Shown here: piece by piece, positions 12,785 through 23,826 of the stretch | How the letters are laid out: every line of letters begins with the position of its first letter | Position numbering within the stretch: the stretch's first letter is position 1 | DNA from: Octopus vulgaris | Taxonomy: Eukaryota | NCBI GenBank assembly: GCA_951406725.2 | Contig: OX597827.1 | Location: forward strand, 6,944,001-7,008,000 | DNA length: 64,000 nucleotides | Direction: 5' to 3' | Notes under the pieces: model-generated | The model's database searches: none | The model's input: the letters and a program-made list of their open reading frames with translations, nothing else | What the model was told of the DNA's origin: nothing | Program-made: the position numbers and the translations under genes

Positions 12785-15175
12785 CTGTTGATGTCGTCTT
12801 AAAGTCAGATCCTCCCATCTACCACCTGATATAGCTGTGTAGAGAGAATTTTTCCTGTACACCATTGCTTGTTCAGATTCCTTCAGATCTTTCTCCATTG
12901 TGTTCTGAACTCCAGGAGCAACACAAATAGGATTGAACACATATCTTGATTGCATGTTTAATGCTGGTGTGACATTGTAGAACATAGATCTACTCTCATA
13001 GTTGTTGTCTGTCTGCTTCAGTCTATGAACTATACAGATTGATATAGAGATCACTATGACAACTGATACGATCACAGCTCCTATAACAATAACAATCATC
13101 ACATTCAATTGGAGACCATTACTTGATTCTGTTGTTGTCTTTGAAGGGGTCTTAAATATCTTTGATGTGCTGTTACTAACTGTTAGAGTCAAAGACAAAG
13201 TTGTTGTCGATGACAGAACTGGACTGCCACTGTCTTTCACACCTAATTCCAGTTCATAGTATCCAGCATCATTTTGGTAAAGTGAGCGAGAGAAAGATAA
13301 GACACCAGAGTGATGGTTCATTTGAAATAAGTGTTTCTCATTACCTCTGAGTATTTCATATGTGAGGAAGGCATTGTGTTGACTGTCTCTGTCAGAGGCC
13401 CTAACAACTGTGATATCATGGTCAGAGTGGGGATGGTAGTGGACTTTAAGACTGAAAGGGTCAACATTAGGGAAACTGAAATAGGGAGCATTATCATTTA
13501 AATCCATAACCTCAACAACAACATTTGCTTTCTTCTCCAGCGATGGTGTTCCTTTATCTTTTACTAAAACCTTAAACTCATACAGGTTCTTTTCTTCTCT
13601 GTCTAGGGACTCAGTTGTGGAAATGAATCCCACATCAGATATCTGAAATGGTAGAATATCTTTTCCATCAGATAATAGAGAATAGGTTAATTGTCCTCCA
13701 TCTCCAATATCTGGGTCTGTGGCATTGACATATCCAACAGGGAAGTCTTTGTGTTCATTTTCATAGGTGAGAAACTTAAATATGTCCTGACTAAACTGAG
13801 GTTGTACATCATTTATGTCAGTGACCAGCACAGAAAACTGTTTCTCTACTTTCAATGGAGATGAACCATTATCTTGACATTTAATGGTGAAATTAAAGCT
13901 CTTCTCACTCTCTCTATCTATTTCACTCTTGACAACAACTTTGTATTTCTTTTCAGACATTGAAATAAGCTGAAGATATCTATTTTGTAAATGACAGTTC
14001 ACTTGTCCATTTTCTCCACTGTCATTGTCAGTAACTTTGACATAAGCAACATACCTGCCGACTCGAATTGCTTCTGAAATGAGAATTGTGTTTCCAGTTG
14101 ACTTTAAGAGAAACATGACATCAATATTTGGTGGATTATTACGATGTGTGACACCATTTACCAGAACAATGGCTGTTGAGGACATAGGTATTTTACCACT
14201 ATCCCTGGCTTCAACAGTTATTTTATACATTTTTCCAAATTGAAATTCATTTGTTATAAACATTTCTCCTGTTGTCTTATACAATTTAAAACACTGTTTG
14301 ATTTTATTTGGAGTTTTAGCACTAAATATGTATGAAATTTTCCCATTTTCCCCTTCATCTAAATCAGTAGCCAACAACCTTAGAATCGGTTTGCGCATTT
14401 GATGTGTGTCATTTAGAGTCACATTGTAGATATTTGGGGAAAATACAGGGAAATTATCATTTTTATCTCCCACTAAAATTTTGATGTCCAGTATACCTTC
14501 TTTTGGTGGAGATCCCCCATCTGTGGCAATCAGCTGAAGATTATAAATGCTTTTAGTCTCACGATCTAAGTTACCTTCTAAATTCAGTTGTAATAATTGA
14601 CTTCCATCTGTTTTTTTAGAAACAAACAATTTGAAAGAAGTATCTTCATTCTCTACAAGTTGATAAGAGATTTTAGAATTCTGAATACTGACATCATTGT
14701 CAATGGCATTTGGAATTATTTCTTTTGTTCCAGCCAATACATTTTCATCAAATTGTATTTGAAATTCATTATTTGGAAACACTGGATAATTGTCGTTGAC
14801 ATCGTCTATCATAACTTTGATTTTTAATATCTTGAGAAAAAAATGACCATGGTGAACTGCTATTTTCAGTCTTCTAAAACATTCCATGTTATATCGACAC
14901 AGAGTTTCTGCATCCAATATGGCAGCTGAGTACAGTTTTCCTCCAGGTGTAACATTAAACAATTGAACAGTTGGATCAGTTCTAGGCCGGAGTACTTTAA
15001 ATGTCAGTTTGCTTCTATCATACTGGGACTGTATATCATCCAGTAAGTGTGTATCAGTGAAAATATTTCCAATATAGCTGTCTGTATCATTGTTCTCTTT
15101 CACATGGTAGGTATGATCCACACACCAGCAGCTGTTAGCCACCAGCACCACAATCAACAAAACCATTGAAAACAT
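12785..15175 (-). CDS. Pcdh: Protocadherin gene 2, large coding exon
   Basis: 806-aa ORF with six cadherin repeats and TM; CAG|GTGAG donor at 12785/12784. Confidence 0.95.
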
Positions 15176-15610
15176 GGCTAGTCTTCAGTAATGTTAGCAA
15201 CAGAGATAGTATGCGGATAACAATAATGAAGTATATCAAACAAATGTTGCACCCTCAGTTTTCTTCTGCCAACTCCTGTAAGCATGTAAATTTAGATTTC
15301 ATTAAGCAATTAGAAAATCATAAAATTTACAGATATGATATAAATACATTAATAATTCCATAAACATACAGATCCATGTCAAAATCTCTGCATTATCGTT
15401 CATCTGTCTGTCTCAAAGCATTTTCATCAATATTATGCACTCTCTCACATCTAACAATATTATGTAATCCTAGAAATATTAAGTAAAGGCGTTTTATCAT
15501 GAGTTAAATCTTTTTGCATTAGATTCTTTTACTCTTCAACAATTTCTGAACCATAATAATCTACAGGTCTGACATTATTTAATAGATGAGGAAAAAAAAA
15601 TATTTACGTA

Positions 15611-16144
15611 GGTGCAAGAGTGGCTGTGTGGTAAGTAGCTTGCTTACCAACCATGTGGTTCTGGGTTCAGTCCCACTGTGTGGCACCTTGGGCAAGTGTC
15701 TTCTACTATAGCTTCGGGCCGACCAAAGCTTTGTGAGTGGATTTGGTAGACGGAAGCTGAAAGAAGCCCATCGTATTTATGTATGCATATATACGTTTGT
15801 GTGTGTGTATGTTTATGTATCTGTGTTTGTCCCCCCAACATCGCTTGACAACCGATGCTGGTGTGTTTACGTCTCCGTAACTTAGCAGTTCGGCAAAAGA
15901 TACCGATAGAATAAGTACTGGGCTTACAAAAGAATAAGTCCTGGGGTATCTGTGTTTGTCCCCCCAACATTGCTTGACAACCGATGCTGGTGTGTTTACG
16001 TCCCCGTAACTTTGCGGTTCGGCAAAAGATACCGATAGAATAAGTACTAGGCTTACAAACAATAAGTCCTGGAGAGGATTTGATTGACTAGAGGCAGTGC
16101 TCCAGTATGGCCACAGTCAAATGACTTAAACAAGTAAAAGAGTA
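15611..16144 (+). mobile_element. SINE copy with internal ~125-bp tandem duplication
   Basis: Same head and tail as 9021-9415; segment tatctgtgtttgtcccccc...aataagtcctgg occurs twice. Confidence 0.85.
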
Positions 16145-16825
16145 TATGCAGGACTCATTTATTTCAAGTTGCCACCCATGTAAGTGGTAACTATACTCAA
16201 ATTAATTCAACACGCGTGATGTATACTTGAAGTTTTGACTTCTAAATGAAAACTGTACAGTGCACGTGGATTTACTAAATGGAGATCATATTGTTAAGTG
16301 GATCATCTTGAGTGTCAAGGCAGTCACAACTTTTAAATAATATACTTATAAATGCCTTGTTGTCGACTGCAAAGCTTTTGTAGTTTGAACAATAATGAAT
16401 TTGGCTTTTCAACAATCTGCTGAAATTGTACGGTAGAAATCTTAAAATTTTGTAGCCACACAAGATTACCAAATTAAAAATGAAAACGCAGTTATTTAAA
16501 CTAAATGGTTTGAGTTACTGCCCTTCGATACTACCCTAGTGAAAAGAAAAAATATTTGTGATAAAACTCAGAGTCTTTGTAATTATCATATATTCATTCT
16601 AGTCACTGACAATTAACATTTTGATTGCACTTAAAATTATTTTCTAATTATAGATTCACCCTCTTACACATAGTCAAACTTTCATTAATTCTAGAATTCT
16701 CTGGAACAAAAATGATAAATTCTGAAATTTAATGAAATTATACCTTCTCTATTATTTACTATACTTGATCGTACAATTTACATTCCATTGTAAGACTTCT
16801 GGAAATCATGATGAAATACAAATAT

Positions 16826-17191
16826 TAGAAAATTATTTTAAAATCTCACGAGAGATATTCAGCAACAGTACTTAAGAGTAAAGGTTGTTTGCCAACATAA
16901 CATAGCAGTCCTGGTTTAGGACAAATGTTGCTGTAATTTAGCCCCAAGAGACATCGTCTCCAGCTGGCTATTCGACACAATCTGTGTCCTTATATTTTCG
17001 AACAAGGGAATCTAGCACCCCCACTCAGCTCAAAACAACATCTCTGTATCTTGATTTCCAGGTTATTTTCCTTCATCAGCACAGATCATGTGGTATAACC
17101 AGCTGGAGGCGATGTCTCCTGGGGCTAAATTACAGCAACATTCGTCCTAAACCAGGACTGCCATGTTATGTTGGCAAACAACCTTTACTCC
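16826..17191 (-). mobile_element. Retrozyme-like insertion B with an inverted 5' segment
   Basis: 12-bp TSD AAATACAAATAT (16814-16825 and 17192-17203); ~96-bp inverted repeat (16876-16971 vs 17095-17190); body colinear with the 343-nt unit at 36884-37776; contains a hammerhead motif. Confidence 0.75.
17040..17086 (-). ncRNA. Type I hammerhead ribozyme (canonical CUGAUGA core, slightly degenerate)
   Basis: Minus strand reads AUCUGUG-CUGAUGA-AGG(AAAAUAA)CCU-G-GAAA-UC(AA)GA-UA^CAGAGAU; stem I has one mismatch and there is an extra G before GAAA. Confidence 0.62.
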
Positions 17192-17346
17192 AAATACAAA
17201 TATGTTTGAAAAATTCTGATGATAATAAGTAAACTATTGAATTACATCATTTTCTATGTAACGACAGATTTAACTTGTGAATAAATAAACCATTTTAGAA
17301 ATATACAAACTTTTACACATCAGAATAACTTTCAATAAGTACTTAC

Positions 17347-17600
17347 CATCAGTTGTTAGTTGTTTGTACTGGTGCAACTGCTCTATTTGAGTGTTCTGAT
17401 TACAAAGTTATAGTAGCAGCAGCAGTTCTGAGTAGGTTGGTATGTGATAGTGCTATATAGCTCTATGAAGTTGGTCGTTAGTTAGTACGTCATGTTTGTT
17501 GTAGCCAATGACAAGCTGTCTATTAGTCCAATGCAAGGGAATGGAAATACAGCCTCCAGTTCTTGCAGTTAATAATGGTCTGATTCACAGACTAGTTCAC
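17347..17600 (-). promoter_or_regulatory. Putative promoter and non-coding exon 1 of Pcdh gene 2
   Basis: GATG|GTAAGTA donor; CCAAT at 17505-17509; most diverged copy of the conserved block. Confidence 0.68.
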
Positions 17601-18549
17601 TTTCACCACATGCATATGCACACACATGAGTATGTATGTGTGTTAGAAGAATGTACACAAATGAATAAGGAAGAAAAGTTTAATATTCGGAATGGAGAGG
17701 ATAGGCAATAAATTCAATATGGAAAATATCATTTCTCAATAATTATAGCATATTTTTTTTTTAAATCTGAGAAAACTGGTTTTAAAGACTAAGGTGTTAC
17801 CCAATCTAAAACAGTTTTTTTTTTTAATAAAATGAGTATAGAATATGTTCCTTTAAAAATAAAATTCATAAGTAGTTTAAAGCAATATTATAAAATAGCT
17901 ACAAAATTATGTCAAGAAACTTTTGAAAAGGCGGTGCTCCAGCATGGCCACAGTCAAAAGGCGGTGCTCCAACATGGCCAAGTAAAAGAGTGGCTATCAA
18001 TAAACAAATGTGTGCTCAATTGGAATGTGGGAAACAGAAATGTGGAAAACCCACTATTGCTCTTTTGAAATTAAAACTGCAATTTAATAGATTTTGTTAG
18101 AATAAACAATAATAACGAAGAATTTCCTAATGAAAAGAACAGAACTATTAGAAAACAACTAACTTGTACAAGTGCTAACTACTGCAGTAGAATATGGATT
18201 AAATCTCTGATTTCAAGAAAAACATTAACATTTAGTATTCTGGGAAAATGTTGAGTGAGAATATGCAATATTACAAGAATGTGATTGTAAGATTTGAGAA
18301 GATTACAATTCCAAGCAGGAGATATACAGAAACATTAGAATATTGGACGAAATGTCTGCATAATTTAGTCAAGATTATTTTACACTGAGTTCAAATTGCA
18401 ATGTGGTTATCTTTAACATAACATTGGTAGAAAAGACGAAATGCAAAATAGTGATAAAAAAATATAGTTGATTTAACCTCTAGCAGACAGTGGTAGGGGG
18501 AAACAATTCTAGAGTAAATGCAGAATGCTAAAGGTTAATGTTCCTTTAA

Positions 18550-18891
18550 CCCTTTCATTACTGTATTTTGAGATGCTCTGTGTTTCTTTCAATTAGTTTT
18601 AAATATAACAAAGAATTTAATAAAATAACTTAGCTATCATTCAGCTAGTGTTAGGGACATAAATTGTGACTAAGGTTTGGTGGAAGTTTTGAATTCAAAA
18701 CTTATGAAAACAAGACAATAGGCGTAGGAGTGGCTGCATGGTAAGTAGCTTGCTAACCAACCACATGGTTCCGGGTTCAGTCCCACTGCATGGCAACTTG
18801 GGCAAGTGTCTTCTACTATAGCCTCGGGCCGACCAAAGCCTTGTGAGTGGATTTGGTAGGCGGAAACTGAAAGAAGCCCGTCGTATGTATG

Positions 18892-18928
<37 letters not shown>

Positions 18929-19194
18929 TTGTGTCTGTGTTTGTCCTCCTAGCATTGTTTGACAACCGATGCTGGTATGTTAATGTACCCGCTACTTAGC
19001 GGTTCGGCAAAAGACACCGATAGAATAAGTACTGGGCTTACAAAGAATAAGTCGTGGGGGTCGATTTGCTCGATTGAAGGCGGTGCTCCAGCATGGCCGC
19101 AGTCAAATGACTGAAACAAGTAAAAGAGTAAAGAGTAAGACATTTGTACTACAGAGCTAGGGCCGGTTTCAGCCGGGGGTTGGTAACGAAAGGG
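18550..19194. mobile_element. piggyBac-like MITE interrupted by a SINE
   Basis: TTAA|CCCTTTCATTAC ... GTAACGAAAGGG|TTAA. Confidence 0.75.
18721..19137 (+). mobile_element. SINE nested in the MITE
   Basis: Full head and tail; aagaca repeated at both flanks. Confidence 0.85.
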
Positions 19195-19364
19195 TTAAGA
19201 CTATAACGGGGGATGAAGAAAATTAAATCTAATAGTCACACATCATCGATAAATGTTCGATTGTGAGGAAAAAAAAAACAAACGTTGCTATGACATTTTC
19301 CATACAGTGAATCTATTGCCAATGTTATGTAATAATGGTTTGTTATGTTGTTGAAATTATGCTA

Positions 19365-19690
19365 TTAGACATCTGTTGCAGATAGAGAAGGTACCTGAAG
19401 TACTGTAGGTACCTTTGGTAGAGTTGTTACTTTAGGTACAGGCGGTAGAGGTGGTTTACAGTCTGAAGAAAAGTCACTTGTCATTGGTACGGTAGATGGT
19501 TGTTCACTTATGTCAGATGTGGTACCAGTTACTGTAAAAGGTATTTGGTCATGATCACAGGAAGTGTTAATATCAACGTTAGGCTGGTAATGGTATCCAT
19601 TGTGATTATCTCCCCTTGATCTGTTCAATGTGTTTGAAAAATTGGGATTTCTCCTATTCCATGTACGGTCACATTGATAGCGGCACAGAT
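19365..19690 (-). CDS. Pcdh: Protocadherin gene 3, terminal exon 4 (ends SATDV*)
   Basis: tttctag|AT acceptor; DLCRYQCDRTWNRRN...SATDV-stop. Confidence 0.85.
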
Positions 19691-19791
19691 CTAGAAATAT
19701 CCAGATGTGAATGAAGTTAAAACGTGAGAAGAAAAAAAAAATAACCCTTACATCTGTTTTATACACAAAATAATTAAACATCTATGTAGTA

Positions 19792-19968
19792 TTCTATTGT
19801 GTCTGGGGAGAGTCATTTTCTTTTTGTGCCTTATTGTGTAACACACTCACCGGTAAAATTGTCCTAAATAATAAGGCACAAAAAGAAAATGACTCTCTCC
19901 AGACACAGTAGAGTATGCTTCAACACACGAACTCATAAAGAATCTTGCAAACCAAATCCAAAAACGAA
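19792..19968. mobile_element. Short insertion with 45-bp inverted repeat (Penelope-like inverted structure)
   Basis: 12-bp TSD ATCTATGTAGTA (19780-19791 and 19969-19980); arms 19791-19835 and 19870-19914. Confidence 0.65.
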
Positions 19969-20231
19969 ATCTATGTAGTACTTGTATTGCTAATCAAAGC
20001 TTTGATATAATGACATACCATGAAGAAAGAATTACTCTCCTGTGAATGCGATTTATTAAGATTTTTCTCTTGGTTATAGTCAGATTCAGGAAAAGATTTT
20101 GGAAGTAAAATCTATTTGCAACAGACTGATAGAACTTTTCAGGTAACAGCCTTGATGACAAAGGACAGAGGTATGGAAAACATTGCTGAAATCAAGAAGA
20201 CCACCACAATCCAATTGATATCTTAAAACCA

Positions 20232-21890
20232 AGGTGCCACGTAAAAAGCATTGCTGCTAGGGCAACACAAAAAGCATTGGTGCTGGGGCCACGTAAAAAG
20301 TACTGGTGCCACGTAAAATGCACTGGTGCTGGTGCCACATAAAAAGTACTGGTGCCACGTAAAATGCACTGGTGCTGGTGCCACATAAAAATTACTGGTG
20401 ACGTAAAATGCACTGGTGCTGGTGCCACATAAAAAGTACTGGTGCCACGTAAAATGCACTGGTGCTGGTGCCACATAAAAATTACTGGTGCCACGTAAAA
20501 TGCACTGGTGCTGGTGCCACATAAAAATTACTGGTGCCACGTAAAATGCACTGGTGCTGGTGCCACATAAAAATTACTGGTGTCACGTAAAATGCACTGG
20601 TGCCACATAAAAATTACTGGTGCCACGTAAAATGCACTGGTGCTGGTGCCACATAAAATGTACTGGTGCCACAAAGTGCACTGGTGCCACATAAAAATTA
20701 CTGGTGCCACGTAAAATGCACTGGTGCTGGTGCCACATAAAATGTACTGGTGCCACAAAGTGCACTGGTGCCACATAAAAATTACTGGTGCCACGTAAAA
20801 TGCACTGGTGCTGGTGCCACATAAAAAGTACTGGTGCCACATAAAATGCACTGGTGCTGGTGCCACATAAAAATTACTGGTGCCACGTAAAATGCACTGG
20901 TGCTGGTGCCACATAAAAATTACTGGTGTCACGTAAAATGCACTGGTGCCACATAAAAATTACTGGTGCCACGTAAAATGCACTGGTGCTGGTGCCACAT
21001 AAAAATTACTGGTGCCACGTAAAATGCACTGGTGCTGGTGCCACATAAAAATTACTGGTGCCACGTAAAATGCACTGGTGCTGGTGCCACATAAAAATTA
21101 CTGGTGTCACGTAAAATGCACTGGTGCCACATAAAAATTACTGGTGCCACGTAAAATGCACTGGTGCTGGTGCTGGTGCCACATAAAATGTACTGGTGCC
21201 ACAAAGTGCACTGGTGCCACATAAAAATTACTGGTGCCACGTAAAATGCACTGGTGCTGGTGCCACATAAAATGTACTGGTGCCACAAAGTGCACTGGTG
21301 CCACATAAAAATTACTGGTGCCACGTAAAATGCACTGGTGCTGGTGCCACATAAAAAGTACTGGTGCCACGTAAAATGCACTGGTGCTGGTGCCACATAA
21401 AAATAAGGTGCCACGTAAAAAGCATTGCTGCTAGGGCAACACAAAAAGCATTGGTGCTGGTGCCACGTAAAAAGTACTGGTGCCACGTGAAATGCACTGG
21501 TGCTGGTGCCACATAAAAAGTACTGGTGCCACATAAAATGCACTGGTGCTGGTGCCACATAAAATGTACTGGTGCCACAAAGTGCACTGGTGCTGGTGCC
21601 ACATGAAAAGTACTGGTGCCACGTAAAAATTACTGGTGCCACGTAAAATGCATTGCTGCTAGGGCAACACAAAAAGCATTGGTGCTGGTGCCACATAAAA
21701 AGTACTGGTGTCACGTAAAATGCACTGGTGCTGGTGCCACGTAAAAATTACTGGTGCCACGTAAAATGCACTGGTGCTGGTTCCACATAAAATGTACTGG
21801 TGCCACAAAGTGCACTGGTACTGGTGCCACATAAAAAGTACTGGTGCTGGTGTCACATAAAATGCACTGGTGCTGGGGCCACGTAAAAAG
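20232..21890. repeat. Minisatellite array (~18-26-bp units built on ctggtgccacRtaaaa)
   Basis: About 1.65 kb of tandem (tg)cactggtgctggtgccacataaaa / ctggtgccacgtaaaa variants, followed by a SINE-like 3' domain ending in (gat)n near 22055. Confidence 0.95.
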
Positions 21891-22599
21891 CACTGAGTCC
21901 ACTCTGTGGGGTGGTTGGTGTTAGGAAGAGCAGCCAGCCATAAAATCCTTTACCAAAAGAGACCCAGCAGCCTTGGGTAGGTTTTTTACTGGCTCCCGTC
22001 AACTGTCCTACCCATGCATGCATGGAAGATGGACATTAAACGATGATGATGATGAATTTTAAACAGGTGGAAAAAAACTGTGGCTATGTATTTTGTCCTA
22101 CAAGGTAGCAGTTCTGTCTGCTCACCTTTTCATTAATTTAGAAATAACAAAAGGTAATTTAATCAGGATTCAAACCACTTTATTTGAAGCAATATTGTCC
22201 CCAATATAAAATGATATCTCTGTACTAAACGTAGACATATCATATTTTGATGAATACTTATCAGAGTAGGGCTGTATGGTTGAGATGCATGCTTCGCAAT
22301 CTCACAGTTCTGGGTTCAATTCTGCATTGTGGCACTTGAGTAAGTGCCTTTTATTACTGGTATATACCAAGTAATGCACTGTGAATGGATTTGATAGAGA
22401 GAAACTATACGAAAGCAACATGTGAGTGTGACAATGCTTACATTCTGCACTGAGGCGCTTTAGAGTGCCAGTTGTTGATATTTTCCTATCAACAAGTCTG
22501 GCAGTTCTGTACTCACGAAGACAAGAGGAAGGAAAATTCCCTTATATGAAAAGTGGGTAAGTATTAATTTAAGGTACAAACAGTCAACACAAAACAATT

Positions 22600-23292
22600 C
22601 CCAATGCCACATAGATAGTACCTGTATTGAGGTCATGTAAAAAGCCCCTTTGCTGATGCCACGTAAAAAGCTCCTGCACTGGTTCCACATAAAGAGCACC
22701 TGTGCTGATGCCATGGAAAAAAAGCACTTATGCCGGTGCTACGTGAAAGCACCTGTCCCTGTGCTGCAAAAATACCATCTATGCCGGTGCCACATAGAAA
22801 GCATCTGTGCAGGTGTCCTGTTAAAAGTATGTGTGCTGGTGCCACAAAAAAGGCACCTGTGCCAGTGCCACAAAAAAGGCACCTGTGCCAGTGCCACAAA
22901 AAAGAGCCCCTGTGCTGGTGTCACAAAACAGGCACCTGTGCCAGTTCCACAAAAAAAAAGCCCCTATGCTAGTACCATGTATATAGCCCCTGTGCTGGTG
23001 CCACAAAAAAGGCACCTGTGCCAGTGCCACAAAAAAGAGCCCCTATGCCAGTACCCTGTGCTGGTGCCACATAAAAACCACCTATGCTGATTCCACATAG
23101 AAAACAGCTTTACGAGTGTCATGTAAAAGTACATATACTGCTGCCATGTGAAAAGCACCCAGTACACACTTTAAAGTGGTTAGCATTAGAAAGGGCAGCC
23201 AGCTGTAGAAACCAAGCCGAAACACATGACTGGAACCTGGTGCAGCTCTCCAGTTCTAGCCAAACCATCCAACCCATGCCAGCATGGAAAAC
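22600..23292 (+). repeat. Degenerate minisatellite-bearing SINE-like element
   Basis: gtgccacaaaaaaggcacc repeats followed by the gcacccagtacac...gtggttagcattagaaagggc...catggaaa domain. Confidence 0.7.
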
Positions 23293-23462
23293 ATTTGTGT
23301 GTATTATCTGACACATGCCACAATGGAAAAAAGTGAACATTAAACAGACTGAAAGATATATATTCGAGGTTTTACGTTATCATAAAACATCTCCTCACAT
23401 TTCAATATTCAATTCAAATACCTCTTGCTTTTGAAGAAATTTTGGGGATTTTTTTTACTGAC

Positions 23463-23613
23463 CTGGCAGTTCCTCGTAATGTCCAGCACTACCAACACTC
23501 CAACCATGACCACTATCAGTGTGAGATGACAATGTTGACATTTCACTGAATTGGTCAGCACCATTTAGTTCTCTGTAACCAGGAGGGATGCTTTCTTCTC
23601 TTGGAATAAACAT
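23463..23613 (-). CDS. Pcdh: Protocadherin gene 3, exon 3 (151 bp)
   Basis: ttccag|ATG ... CCAG|GTCAGT; MFIPREESIPPGYREL...DSGHGWSVGSAGHYEELPG. Confidence 0.88.
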
Positions 23614-23826
23614 CTGGAAAAATTTATTGCAGAGTGCAGTATACAATTACAATAATAAGAAGGATTCTAATAATCTAATATGGTGTTTCGTATTTAGCAT
23701 TAGAATATTTTAAGTTATGAAATTATGAAGAACATTCTGTAATACTTATTTCTCCAAGATAAACTATGCACAAAAGCAGAATTTTCCCTGAAAGATTTCC
23801 AAACACATGAAAATTTATGAACTCAC

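Noticed and set aside
20192-21902. Many ORFs with HQHQ/APAPV repeats; superficially CRISPR-like array
   Set aside because: Translations of a minisatellite; no unique spacers, no cas genes, eukaryotic intron
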